Shown here piece after piece: positions 7,972 through 17,406 of a stretch of 60,255 bases of DNA (its first letter is position 1; each line of letters starts with the position of its first letter). Both the position numbers and the translations under genes were made by a program. Below the pieces are notes generated by a model. The model did not search any database and was not told where the DNA came from. It saw only the letters and a program-made list of their open reading frames with translations. Origin of the DNA: Candidatus Neomicrothrix sp. (GTDB taxonomy: Bacteria > Actinomycetota > Acidimicrobiia > Acidimicrobiales > Aldehydirespiratoraceae); the NCBI GenBank assembly GCA_017852795.1, contig JAFMKU010000003.1:13731-73985 (forward strand), written 5' to 3'.

Positions 7972-10374
7972 ATGACTGAACATTCTTCAGTAACTGGCGC
8001 GTTCACACGAGGTGAAGGCAAAGACGCCACGTTCACGGTGGGACAGTTTGCTCCGCTGGCGGGCGGTTCGATCACCGCTCGTATGGGCGACACGGTCGTT
8101 TTGGTCACCGCAGTAGGTGCCAAAGAACCCCGTGACGGTGCCGACTTCTTCCCGTTGACCGTTGACATCGAAGAGCGCATGTACGCGGCGGGCAAGATCC
8201 CTGGATCGTTCTTCCGTCGCGAAGCACGCGCCGGCGAGCAGGCCATCTTGACTTGCCGTCTGATCGACCGGCCCCTGCGCCCCGCCTTCCCTGACGGGTT
8301 CCGCAACGAGGTCCACGTCGTGGGAACGGTGCTCGGCGCTGACCAGTCCAACCCGTACGACATCTTGGCCCTCAACGCAGCCTCGCTGGCGTTGTGCCTC
8401 TCACCGGTACCGTTCGAAGGCCCGGTCGGTGGCGTTCGCATGAGCTGGTCACCCGAAGGTGAATGGATCCCGTTCCCGACCTACGAAGAATCCGAAAACT
8501 CGGCCTTCGAAATGGTGGTCGCCGGTCGACTCGCGGGTGACGATGTTGCGGTGATGATGGTGGAGGCGGGCGGAACCGCCAACACCTGGGACCTGTACCA
8601 AAGCGGCACCCCGAAAGTTGACGAGGACGTGCTGGCCGGCGGGCTCGAAGCCTGCAAGGTTTGGATCCGCGAAATGATCGAACTGCAGCAGTCCTGCATC
8701 GATCAGATCGGCGCCGCCGAAAAGATGAGCGCACCGCTCGCCGTGGATTACCCGCCGGAAATTCTGGCTGCGGTCGAAGCAGCCGGCACCGACCGGATCG
8801 CCGCTACTCAGCAGATCGCCGATAAGGCCGAACGTCAAGACGCCGAAGCTGCGGTTGCCGCTGAACTCGTTGCCGAACTCTCCGCACAGTTTGCCGATGA
8901 ACCCATGGCAAGCAAGTTCATCAAGGCCGCGATTCGTTCGGTCACCAAGCAGGTGGTCCGTAAGCGGATCGTTGAGGAAGGCATCCGCATCGACGGTCGG
9001 AAGACCAACGAACTTCGCAAGGTCACCAGCGAAGTTGGAGTGATCCCCACCTCGCACGGGTCTGGTGTGTTCCAGCGCGGTGAAACCCAGGTGTTGAACA
9101 TCACCACTTTGGGTATGGGACGTAGCGACATGATGATCGACGATCTTTCGCCGACCGACAAGAAGCGTTACTTCCACCACTACAACTTCCCGCCGTTCTC
9201 CACCGGTGAGACCGGCTTCATGCGGGGACCGAAGCGTCGTGAGATTGGTCACGGGGCGTTGGCCGAGCGTGCGGTGTTCCCGGTGGTTCCCCGGTTCGAA
9301 GACTGGCCGTACACGGTTCGTACCGTGTCGGAGGTGATGGCGTCGAACGGTTCGTCGTCGATGGCTTCGGTCTGTGGTTCGACGCTGTCGCTGATGGATG
9401 CCGGTGTGCCGATCAAAGCCCCGGTGGCTGGTATCGCCATGGGTCTGGTCCACGCTGAAGGCGAGTACGTGACCCTGACCGACATTCTCGGCGCCGAAGA
9501 TGCGTTTGGCGATATGGACTTCAAGGTGGCGGGAACCACCGACTTCGTGACGGCACTTCAGCTCGACACCAAGATCGCCGGTATCCCCGCCAACGTTCTG
9601 GCCGGAGCGCTGGCGCAGGCCCGAGAAGCTCGACTCGACATTCTCGACATCATGGCTGAAGCCATTGCCGAGCCCCGAGAAGATGTCCGCGAGACGGCAC
9701 CCAAGGTGATCTCGTTCGAGATCCCGATCGACAAGATCGGTGAAGTCATCGGCCCGAAGGGCAAGGTCATCAACACCATCCAGGCCGAGACCGGCGCCGA
9801 CATCTCAGTCGACGACGACGGCATGGTTGGCGTGGTTTCGATTGCCAGCACCGATCGCAACGCGGTCGCTGAAGCCGAGCGGCAGATCGGGTTGATCCTC
9901 GATCCGCCGACCGCGGAAGTCGGCGCCGAATACACCGGTCGGGTGGTGAACATCACCAAGTTCGGTGCGTTCGTCAACATCCTTCCTGGTCGTGACGGTC
10001 TGCTGCACATCTCCAAGATCGGTGGCAACAAGCGCATCGACCGAGTGGAAGACGTCCTCGAACTTGGCCAGGAAGTTCAGGTTGTGGTCGAAGACGTTGA
10101 CCCGAACGGCAAGATTTCACTCAAGCCGGTAGGGGACGGACCCGAAGCGACCGGTGGCGATGCTCCGGCGGCTGGCGCGAACGATCGTCCAGCTTCGGAC
10201 AGTCGTCCCGCCGCACCCGCCGACTCGACCGATGACGATGCCGAAGTGGTTTCCTTTGAGGCCGCGTTCGATGCCGATCTGGCTGAAGAGTTTGGTGACC
10301 TCGGTCCCGACGCTCCCCGTCGCTCCGGCGGCGGTGGCGGCGGACGCGGTCGCGGAGGTCGCGGACGCCGGTGA
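7972..10374 (+). CDS. pnp: Polyribonucleotide nucleotidyltransferase (PNPase) with an about 80-aa low-complexity C-terminal tail ending in an RGG repeat
   Basis: Two RNase PH-like halves (FFRREARAGEQAILTCRLIDRPLRP), then KH and S1 domains (YTGRVVNITKFGAFVNILPGRDGLLHIS). ATG 7972 is preferred over GTG 7948. The tail ends RRSGGGGGGRGRGGRGRR. Confidence 0.95.
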   Translation: MTEHSSVTGAFTRGEGKDATFTVGQFAPLAGGSITARMGDTVVLVTAVGAKEPRDGADFFPLTVDIEERMYAAGKIPGSFFRREARAGEQAILTCRLIDRPLRPAFPDGFRNEVHVVGTVLGADQSNPYDILALNAASLALCLSPVPFEGPVGGVRMSWSPEGEWIPFPTYEESENSAFEMVVAGRLAGDDVAVMMVEAGGTANTWDLYQSGTPKVDEDVLAGGLEACKVWIREMIELQQSCIDQIGAAEKMSAPLAVDYPPEILAAVEAAGTDRIAATQQIADKAERQDAEAAVAAELVAELSAQFADEPMASKFIKAAIRSVTKQVVRKRIVEEGIRIDGRKTNELRKVTSEVGVIPTSHGSGVFQRGETQVLNITTLGMGRSDMMIDDLSPTDKKRYFHHYNFPPFSTGETGFMRGPKRREIGHGALAERAVFPVVPRFEDWPYTVRTVSEVMASNGSSSMASVCGSTLSLMDAGVPIKAPVAGIAMGLVHAEGEYVTLTDILGAEDAFGDMDFKVAGTTDFVTALQLDTKIAGIPANVLAGALAQAREARLDILDIMAEAIAEPREDVRETAPKVISFEIPIDKIGEVIGPKGKVINTIQAETGADISVDDDGMVGVVSIASTDRNAVAEAERQIGLILDPPTAEVGAEYTGRVVNITKFGAFVNILPGRDGLLHISKIGGNKRIDRVEDVLELGQEVQVVVEDVDPNGKISLKPVGDGPEATGGDAPAAGANDRPASDSRPAAPADSTDDDAEVVSFEAAFDADLAEEFGDLGPDAPRRSGGGGGGRGRGGRGRR

Positions 10375-11642
10375 GCTCCGTAGCTCCCGGTCCGCTGGCT
10401 CAACCGTCAGCGGACCGCGAAGAGGCGGTCAGGATTAGCCGACTCGGTGACGGCCTTCGGGTCGTCACCGAAACCCTGCCCCGGTCGCGTTCGGTCGCGA
10501 TCGGGGTGTGGGTTGGCGTCGGTAACCGTGACGAACCGACCGAGATCGCCGGCGTGTCGCATTTTCTCGAACACCTGCTGTTCAAAGGTTCGCCCAACTT
10601 TTCGGCTCGGGACATTGCCGAGTCGATCGACGCGGTAGGTGGTGACCTCAACGCCTTCACCACCAAGGAATACACCGCGTTTCATGCCCGGGTTCCGGAA
10701 TGGGAACTGGCTCGTGGACTCGACATCCTCCTTGATGTCGTCACCGCTCCGGCGTTCAGCGACGAAGAACTCGATGCCGAACGACAGGTCATTCTTGAAG
10801 AGTTGGCCTGGAGCATCGACACTCCCGATGATGTGGTGCATGGCGCCCTGCTTGAGAACCTGTTCCCTGATCACCCGCTTGGTTGGGAAGTGTTGGGATC
10901 GGCAGAAACGGTGCGTTCGATCACCGCCGATCAGATCCGCTCGTTCCACGATCAGTGGTACCGCCGACCCAACATGGTGGTTTGCGTGTGCGGACCGGTC
11001 GATCACGACCAGGTAGTGGCCCGGGTCGATCATGCGCTGCGGGACCGTGGCGCCGGTCAGCCCCCAACTCGGCTGGCCCCGAAACCGTCCAGCGCGGCGC
11101 TGATCGAAACCCACCGTTTGATCGAACAAGCCCATTACGCCAAAGGATGGCGGGCCCCGGGACTGCACAGCGATGACCGGTACGCACTCGCGGTAGCCAC
11201 CCAGCTACTTGGTGGCGGATGGTCGAGCCGGCTGTTCCAGGAAGTACGCGAACGGCGCGGGCTTAGCTACAGCGTCTACGCCTCGATCGGGTCGTTTGTG
11301 GATTCAGGCACCCTGTCGGTGTACGCCGCGACCACTCCGGAACGTCGACGCGAACTCGAGATGGTGATCGACGAACAACTCGAAGATTTGGCCCTGAACG
11401 GACCGGGGGAACGTGAACTGGAAATCGCCCGCGGTGGTTTCGAGGGTTCGATCGTGCTGGGTCTTGAAGACACTGGAAGTCGGATGTCGCGGCTGGCGAC
11501 CAACGTGCTGTTTCGGGATCGGGTGGTCGGCGTTGACGAATACCTCGATGCGGTGCGCCAAGTTGATGCCGCCGACGTGCAACGGGTGCTCAACGATGTG
11601 ATGGCCTCAGACGCCACGATCAGTGTGGTTGGGCCGTCCTAG
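10371..11642 (+). CDS. M16-family zinc metallopeptidase (pitrilysin/insulinase-like)
   Basis: Inverted zincin motif HFLEHLLFKG. GTGA overlap with the pnp stop. The position after pnp is conserved in actinobacteria. Confidence 0.9.
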   Translation: MSSVAPGPLAQPSADREEAVRISRLGDGLRVVTETLPRSRSVAIGVWVGVGNRDEPTEIAGVSHFLEHLLFKGSPNFSARDIAESIDAVGGDLNAFTTKEYTAFHARVPEWELARGLDILLDVVTAPAFSDEELDAERQVILEELAWSIDTPDDVVHGALLENLFPDHPLGWEVLGSAETVRSITADQIRSFHDQWYRRPNMVVCVCGPVDHDQVVARVDHALRDRGAGQPPTRLAPKPSSAALIETHRLIEQAHYAKGWRAPGLHSDDRYALAVATQLLGGGWSSRLFQEVRERRGLSYSVYASIGSFVDSGTLSVYAATTPERRRELEMVIDEQLEDLALNGPGERELEIARGGFEGSIVLGLEDTGSRMSRLATNVLFRDRVVGVDEYLDAVRQVDAADVQRVLNDVMASDATISVVGPS

Positions 11643-11673
11643 CCGTACCGGTTCGCTTCAGGTGTGCCGAAGC

Positions 11674-12135
11674 TCAGGCGCCGGGTGTGAACACCATCAG
11701 GTACAACATCACCACGAAGAACACGGTGAGGAGCATTCCGCCAAGCTGAAGCTTCGATTCGGCGGCGGGGTCACCGGTTTGCGCAGCAGCGATCGCTCGT
11801 TCGCTGGGCCGGATCAAGGCGTGTAGGACTCCGTTCATGGCGATCCAGAGCAGAAACGCTGCGGCCAGCCAAGGATCGGACATCGAATAGACCTTGTCGC
11901 TCAGCCCAGCCACCCCAAAGCCCAGCAGGCCGCTGATCACCAGCGCGTTCCCGTAGATCCGCATCGAGTAGCGAGACATCAGTCCAAACATGGCGGGCCG
12001 ATCGGTCCATCCGGCCGTGCGGGAGTTGCGGGCCAGCACGGCCAGCGTGAACAACGGCGACATGGCTACGAAGGCGGTCAAGACGTGAAGAAACAAAATG
12101 ATGTTGTACGGAGTGTCTCCGATAGCTGCGAGCAT
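11674..12135 (-). CDS. Integral membrane protein, about four TM helices, unknown function
   Basis: 153 aa, hydrophobic segments throughout (ILFLHVLTAFVAMSPLFTLAVLA; LLTVFFVVMLYLMVF), GC3-rich frame. Confidence 0.6.
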   Translation of the reverse strand: MLAAIGDTPYNIILFLHVLTAFVAMSPLFTLAVLARNSRTAGWTDRPAMFGLMSRYSMRIYGNALVISGLLGFGVAGLSDKVYSMSDPWLAAAFLLWIAMNGVLHALIRPSERAIAAAQTGDPAAESKLQLGGMLLTVFFVVMLYLMVFTPGA

Positions 12136-12194
12136 GAGCAGGAACCTAGTTCACTGGTCGTGAGATGTCGCGTTTGAGCGCCTAGCCTGCAACC

Positions 12195-12923
12195 ATGATT
12201 CGCGTTGGAGTGGTCGGTGCTGCCGGTCGAATGGGTCAACAAGTGTGCCGAACGGTGGAAGCCGACCCGGCACTCGAACTGGTTGCGGCGCTTGATGAAG
12301 GCGACGACCTGACGGCACTCGTCGAAGCCCAAGCCGAGGTAGCGGTCGATTTCACCGTGGTCGACGCGGCTCGCCAGACGCTGATGTTTCTGGCCCAACA
12401 CGGGATTCATGCGGTGGTAGGAACCACCGGTTTTGACGACCGCGACCTTGACCGGTTCCGCCAGGCGTTCACCTCCTCAAACGCGTTGATCGCCCCCAAC
12501 TTTGCCATCGGGGCGGTCTTGATGATCCGGATGGCCGAACTTGCGGCACCGCATTTTGAGACCGCGGAGATCATCGAGTTTCATCATCCGGGCAAGGTCG
12601 ACGCCCCCTCGGGAACGGCAACCCACACCGCGGAACGCATGGCCGCAGCTTCCTCGGAGTGGACCCCGGACCCGACCGTTCACGAGGTGCTTCCCGGTGC
12701 CCGCGGTGGTGTCGGTCCTGGCACGATTCGGGTCCACGCCGTTCGGATGGCCGGAGTGGTCGCCAATCAGGAAATCATCTTGGGCACCACCGGCCAAACG
12801 TTGACCATTCGCCACGACACCGTCGATCGTTCCTCGTTTATGCCGGGGGTTGTGGTGGGGATCAAACAGGTCCAACAGGTTGCGGGTGTCACCGTCGGGC
12901 TCGACGCCTACCTCGGTCTCTGA
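12195..12923 (+). CDS. dapB: 4-hydroxy-tetrahydrodipicolinate reductase
   Basis: N-terminal Rossmann RVGVVGAAGRMG and the DapB signature EFHHPGKVDAPSGTA. Confidence 0.95.
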   Translation: MIRVGVVGAAGRMGQQVCRTVEADPALELVAALDEGDDLTALVEAQAEVAVDFTVVDAARQTLMFLAQHGIHAVVGTTGFDDRDLDRFRQAFTSSNALIAPNFAIGAVLMIRMAELAAPHFETAEIIEFHHPGKVDAPSGTATHTAERMAAASSEWTPDPTVHEVLPGARGGVGPGTIRVHAVRMAGVVANQEIILGTTGQTLTIRHDTVDRSSFMPGVVVGIKQVQQVAGVTVGLDAYLGL

Positions 12924-12929
12924 ACGACG

Positions 12930-14261
12930 ATGCGAGCCTTGCTGTCACCGCGATGGCTGCTTTCTCACCTGTTCGCGTTGTTTATGACCGTGACGATGAT
13001 CGGGCTTGGCTTCTGGCAGCTCAACCGGCTTGATCACCGGCGGGCGCTCAACGCCGACATTCAGGCGGCATCACAGGCCGCCCCGTTGACCATCGAAGAG
13101 CTCCTCGACGACCTCGCCGCCGGTCAGGAGGTTCTGGATCAGCGTGCGGTCACTGTCAGCGGCCAGTACCGCCAAGATTTGGTGTTCCTCGTCGCCAACC
13201 GAACCTTCGACACTCGCCCGGGAAACTGGTTAGCCATGCCGGTGGAGTTGGCCGACGGCCGCCTGGTGGTCGTTGCCCGCGGCTGGGTGCCGCGCCCGTG
13301 GGTGGCCGAAACCGATCCGAGCTCAACCCCAACCCCAGACACCCAAGTTGAGGTTCAGGGCCGAGTTTTCGCCAGCGTTGACGGGGGCCGAATCGGAACC
13401 AGCAACAACACCTTCGCCGAGGTCAGTCGACTCGACTTGCCGGTGGTTTCCGAACTTCTCGGAACTTCGCTGGCGCCGCTGTGGGTGCAACTCGAAACGC
13501 AGATCCCCACCTCGGGAGAACTGCCGATACCGGTACCTCCGCCGTCGCTCAACGACGGCCCGCACCTGTCGTATGCCTTCCAGTGGTTTTTCTTTGCGAC
13601 CGGCACGGTCGTGGTCTACGGGTTGATTCTGCGCCGTCGAATCCGGGAAGTTCCGGCCGTCCCCTCCGACCAACCGGTCGATGATCGTGACCCGTTGCGG
13701 CTGCTGCTCGCAGTTCGGTTACGGAGCCGAGGAACTCGTGACGCGGTGCTCGAAACGGCAACCCAGCTCGGGAGTGGGCCAGCTATCGGCGCGCTGCTCG
13801 ACGACAGTCAGCAGCAAGGTTGGGTGTCGGTTCGTGGTGAGCAACCCCGGTATTCGTTGACGGTCGCGGGCGACGCGGCGCTCACCGAAGCGCTCAGCCG
13901 CGACCTGGACCCCGACGAACGCGACAAGATTGCCCAGATCTACGCGGCCTTCGAGTCACCCAACCGGGCCTTTCTCGCCCACTGTGCGCGCTGGGGGCCA
14001 GAAACCAGCGACGCTCAGGGACAACGGCGAGCTGAGCTCGACGCGTTGCTGGCCGAACTCCGGCCGCTCCTTGGCGACCTCACCACCTGGCGGCCTCGGT
14101 TCGGGAGCTATCAGCAGCGGTTCGATGCCGCGCTGGGAGAAGCGGCCACCGACCCGGCCTGGATCGAATCACCGCGTTTGGACTCAATCCACACCGTATG
14201 GTTCGAGTTGCATGAGCATCTGCTGGCCACGCTGGGACGGCAGCGGGCCACCGAGCGCTAG
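12930..14261 (+). CDS. SURF1-like cytochrome oxidase assembly protein (aa 1-about 240) fused in-frame to an about 190-aa winged-helix-like/helical cytoplasmic domain
   Basis: SURF1 hallmarks: N-terminal TM plus GFWQLNRL, C-terminal GPHLSYAFQWFFFA plus TM. This is followed without a stop by LRLLLAVRLRSRGTRDAVLETATQL...GWVSVRGEQPRYSLTVAGDAAL and a helical region (DSIHTVWFELHEHLLATLG). Confidence 0.75.
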   Translation: MRALLSPRWLLSHLFALFMTVTMIGLGFWQLNRLDHRRALNADIQAASQAAPLTIEELLDDLAAGQEVLDQRAVTVSGQYRQDLVFLVANRTFDTRPGNWLAMPVELADGRLVVVARGWVPRPWVAETDPSSTPTPDTQVEVQGRVFASVDGGRIGTSNNTFAEVSRLDLPVVSELLGTSLAPLWVQLETQIPTSGELPIPVPPPSLNDGPHLSYAFQWFFFATGTVVVYGLILRRRIREVPAVPSDQPVDDRDPLRLLLAVRLRSRGTRDAVLETATQLGSGPAIGALLDDSQQQGWVSVRGEQPRYSLTVAGDAALTEALSRDLDPDERDKIAQIYAAFESPNRAFLAHCARWGPETSDAQGQRRAELDALLAELRPLLGDLTTWRPRFGSYQQRFDAALGEAATDPAWIESPRLDSIHTVWFELHEHLLATLGRQRATER

Positions 14262-14305
14262 GCCACGGTTGGTTCTAGGCGGTCGCTGCCTGCAAGACTC
14301 AGGCC

Positions 14306-16408
14306 ATGATCGAGCTTTCGCAGTCCGTCCGTCTTGAACGTTCCGGCGACGTCGCCGTGCTGGTGGTTGACAGTCCGCCAGTCAACGCGCTCAGCTGGCA
14401 TGTCCGGCAAGGGATCCATGACGGGATGGTGCAGGCCCGTGAGAGCGATGCCACCGCGGTGGTGTTGATCTGCGCCGGTCGCACGTTCATTGCCGGTGCC
14501 GACATTAGCGAGTTCGGTGGCAACGCTCCGGCGGCGGCATCGCTGCCGGAACTGCAAGCGCTCATGGAAGACTCGACCATTCCGGTGGTCGCCGCGGTGC
14601 ACGGCACGGCGCTGGGCGGCGGTCTCGAAGTTGCGTTGTGTGCTCATTTCCGGGTTGGTTTGGCCAGCTCTCGTTACGGGCTGCCTGAAGTCAACCTCGG
14701 CCTGCTTCCCGGCGCAGGTGGTACCCAGCGACTCCCGAGGTTGGTTGGGGTTCCCAAAGCGTTGGATCTCGTGACGAGCGGACGCCACATGAGTGCTGCG
14801 GAAGCTTTCGAGGAAGGCCTGATCGACGAACTCGTTGACGGCGACTGGGATGCGCTGCGGTCGGCGGCGGTGGCGTTCGCGCAACGGGTGGTGGCCGACG
14901 GCGGTGAACTGATCCGAGTTGCCGACCGTAACCAACGGGTGCTGGCCGACCGCGGAAACGACGCGGTTTTCGCCGAGTATCGAGCGATCGTGAACCGCAA
15001 AGCTCGAGGGTTTCTTGCCCCGGAGTACAACATTCGCTGTGTTGAAGCGGCAGCCAACCTTGACTTCGCCGACGGCGCAGCGCTGGAACAGAAACTGTTC
15101 TTCGAGTTGTTGACCGGACCTCAGTCGGCTGCGCAACGGTACGGCTTCTTCGCGGAACGGGCAGCTAACAAGATCCCGGGGCTTTCGCCCGAGACCAAAC
15201 CCCTCGCCATTGGTCAGGCCGGGGTGCTTGGTGCCGGCACCATGGGCGGCGGGATCGCCATGAACTTCGCGAACGCCGGGATCCCGGTGACGATCGTCGA
15301 ACGCGACGCTGAAGCGCTGGAGCGGGGTCTGGCCGTGGTCCGCAAAAACTATGAACGGTCCGCGTCACGAGGTTCGATCACCGCCGAAACCGTTGAGCAG
15401 CGGATGGGTCTGATTACCGGCTCGGTTGACAAAGCCGATTTTGCGTCGTGTGACATCGTGATCGAAGCGGTCTTTGAAGACATGGAGCTGAAGAAAGCGA
15501 TCTTTGCCGAGCTGGACGGCATCTGTAGCCCCCATGCGATCCTGGCTTCCAACACGTCAGCGTTGGACATCAACGAGATCGCGTCGGTCACCAGCCGTCC
15601 CGAACAAGTGCTGGGAATGCATTTCTTTTCGCCGGCCAACGTGATGAAGCTGCTGGAGGTGGTGCGCGGCGTTCACTCCTCCGACGAGGTACTGGCCACC
15701 GCAATGGCGCTCGGCAAACAGATCGGCAAAGTGGCGGTGATGGTGGGGGTCTGCAACGGGTTTGTTGGCAACCGGATGTTGTTCATGCGAGGCGCGGAAG
15801 CGGAACGAATGCTGCTCGAAGGCGCAACGCCCGCCCAGATCGATTCGGTGCTCTACGAGTTCGGGTTCCCGATGGGTCCGTTCTCGATGAGTGATCTCGC
15901 GGGTCTCGACATTGGTTGGAAAGAAGCGACTTCGTCGTCGTCGACCATTCGTGAAGTGCTTTGTGAAAGCGGCCGACGCGGGCAAAAGAACGGTCGAGGG
16001 TATTACCTCTATGACCCGGAGACTCGGGCCGCCACCCCCGACCCCGAAGTTGAGGAACTCATTGCTGAGTTCGCAGCGGGTCAGGGGATCAAACCTCGGG
16101 AAGTGTCTGATCAAGAGATTCTGGAACGTCTGCTGTACCCGATGATCAACGAAGGAGCCAAGATCCTCGATGAAGGGATCGCCATCCGCGGTTCGGACAT
16201 CGATGTGGTCTGGGTCAACGGTTACGGCTGGCCCCTGTATCAAGGTGGACCGATGTACTGGGCCGACTCGGTCGGGTTGTCAGAGATCGTCGAACGGATC
16301 CGGCACTACGGCGCAACGCTGGGTGGTCGGCACTGGGAACTCTCGCCGCTGCTGGAACGTTTGGCCTCCGAAGACGGCAAACTCCAGAGTCACCAAAGCC
16401 AGTCCTAA
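14306..16408 (+). CDS. Bifunctional enoyl-CoA hydratase / 3-hydroxyacyl-CoA dehydrogenase (FadB/FadJ-like)
   Basis: 700 aa. N-terminal crotonase fold ([10 protein letters not shown]; [13 protein letters not shown]). Central NAD-binding [13 protein letters not shown]. 3HCDH C-terminal domains. Confidence 0.9.
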   Translation: MIELSQSVRLERSGDVAVLVVDSPPVNALSWHVRQGIHDGMVQARESDATAVVLICAGRTFIAGADISEFGGNAPAAASLPELQALMEDSTIPVVAAVHGTALGGGLEVALCAHFRVGLASSRYGLPEVNLGLLPGAGGTQRLPRLVGVPKALDLVTSGRHMSAAEAFEEGLIDELVDGDWDALRSAAVAFAQRVVADGGELIRVADRNQRVLADRGNDAVFAEYRAIVNRKARGFLAPEYNIRCVEAAANLDFADGAALEQKLFFELLTGPQSAAQRYGFFAERAANKIPGLSPETKPLAIGQAGVLGAGTMGGGIAMNFANAGIPVTIVERDAEALERGLAVVRKNYERSASRGSITAETVEQRMGLITGSVDKADFASCDIVIEAVFEDMELKKAIFAELDGICSPHAILASNTSALDINEIASVTSRPEQVLGMHFFSPANVMKLLEVVRGVHSSDEVLATAMALGKQIGKVAVMVGVCNGFVGNRMLFMRGAEAERMLLEGATPAQIDSVLYEFGFPMGPFSMSDLAGLDIGWKEATSSSSTIREVLCESGRRGQKNGRGYYLYDPETRAATPDPEVEELIAEFAAGQGIKPREVSDQEILERLLYPMINEGAKILDEGIAIRGSDIDVVWVNGYGWPLYQGGPMYWADSVGLSEIVERIRHYGATLGGRHWELSPLLERLASEDGKLQSHQSQS

Positions 16409-16499
16409 ACCCGAACCGGTTGAGACAACGACCAGGCTTCGAAGTATCTGTTCGTGGATTGGATCGCCTGCGGGTCTGGACCGTGGCACCATTAGAGAC

Positions 16500-17399
16500 A
16501 TGACGAGCGCTACTCCCACTTTCGGACGGGTTTTGACCGCCATGGTCACCCCGTTCAAGCCTGACGGTTCTCTGGATCTCGACGGTGCGCAGGCGTTGGC
16601 TCGTTGGCTCACCACCGAAGGTGGCAACGATGGCCTGGTGATTGCGGGCACGACCGGGGAAAGCCCGACCTTGACCCACAGCGAACAGATCGATCTGATC
16701 GCGGCGGTGGCCGAAGCGATCGACGGTCCGGTTGTGGCCGGGGCCGGTAGCAACGACACCCGGGCCGCGGTCGAACTCACCCAGCGGGCGAGCGAAGCAG
16801 GTGCTGCTGGGATCCTGCATGTCGCCGGGTATTACAACCGGCCATCGCAAGCTGGTCTGGCCGACCATTTCCGGGCCTGCGCGTCGGTGACCGACAAACC
16901 GGTGATCCTCTACGACATTCCGGGTCGCACCGGTCGAAAAATCGCCTCGGAGACGATGCTCGAACTTTTCGAGACGGTCGACAACATCATTGGGGTCAAA
17001 GACGCGGCAGGGAATCCGGGTGAAACAGCCCGGCTGCTGTCGTTGGCGCCTCCCGACACCGAGGTGTACAGCGGTGACGACGGTTTGACGCTTCCTTTGC
17101 TGGCGGTGGGAGCAGTGGGCACGATTGGGGTAGCCACCCACTGGGTGGGTTGCGAAACCCGCGCCATGATGGAGGCGTTCTTTGGTGGTGACGTGGCGGC
17201 GGCAACCGAACTCAACCGGTCGATGATGCCAAGCTACGCGTTCGAAACCGGAGACGAAGCCCCCAACCCGATCCCCACCAAAGCCATGCTGCGGGTGCTG
17301 GGCCTGCCCGGCGGCCCGACCCGACCTCCGATGGGACCGGAACCGGACTGGGTCGAGATCGAGGCCAAGGCCGTGCTGGCCGGCCTTGGGCGAAGCTGA
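16500..17399 (+). CDS. dapA: 4-hydroxy-tetrahydrodipicolinate synthase
   Basis: ATG 16500 gives MTSATPTFGRVLTAMVTPF..., with GTTGESPTL and YYNRP motifs, 300 aa. The ORF-track extension back to 16170 overlaps the fadB-like gene and is not credible. Confidence 0.95.
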   Translation: MTSATPTFGRVLTAMVTPFKPDGSLDLDGAQALARWLTTEGGNDGLVIAGTTGESPTLTHSEQIDLIAAVAEAIDGPVVAGAGSNDTRAAVELTQRASEAGAAGILHVAGYYNRPSQAGLADHFRACASVTDKPVILYDIPGRTGRKIASETMLELFETVDNIIGVKDAAGNPGETARLLSLAPPDTEVYSGDDGLTLPLLAVGAVGTIGVATHWVGCETRAMMEAFFGGDVAAATELNRSMMPSYAFETGDEAPNPIPTKAMLRVLGLPGGPTRPPMGPEPDWVEIEAKAVLAGLGRS

Positions 17400-17406
17400 G
17401 TGGTGC

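Noticed and set aside
16170-16499. N-terminal 110-aa extension of the dapA ORF (and the 397-aa antisense ORF 16215-17408)
   Set aside because: The extension overlaps the 3' end of the FadB-like gene in another frame and is not DapA-like. The ATG at 16500 gives a canonical DapA N-terminus.
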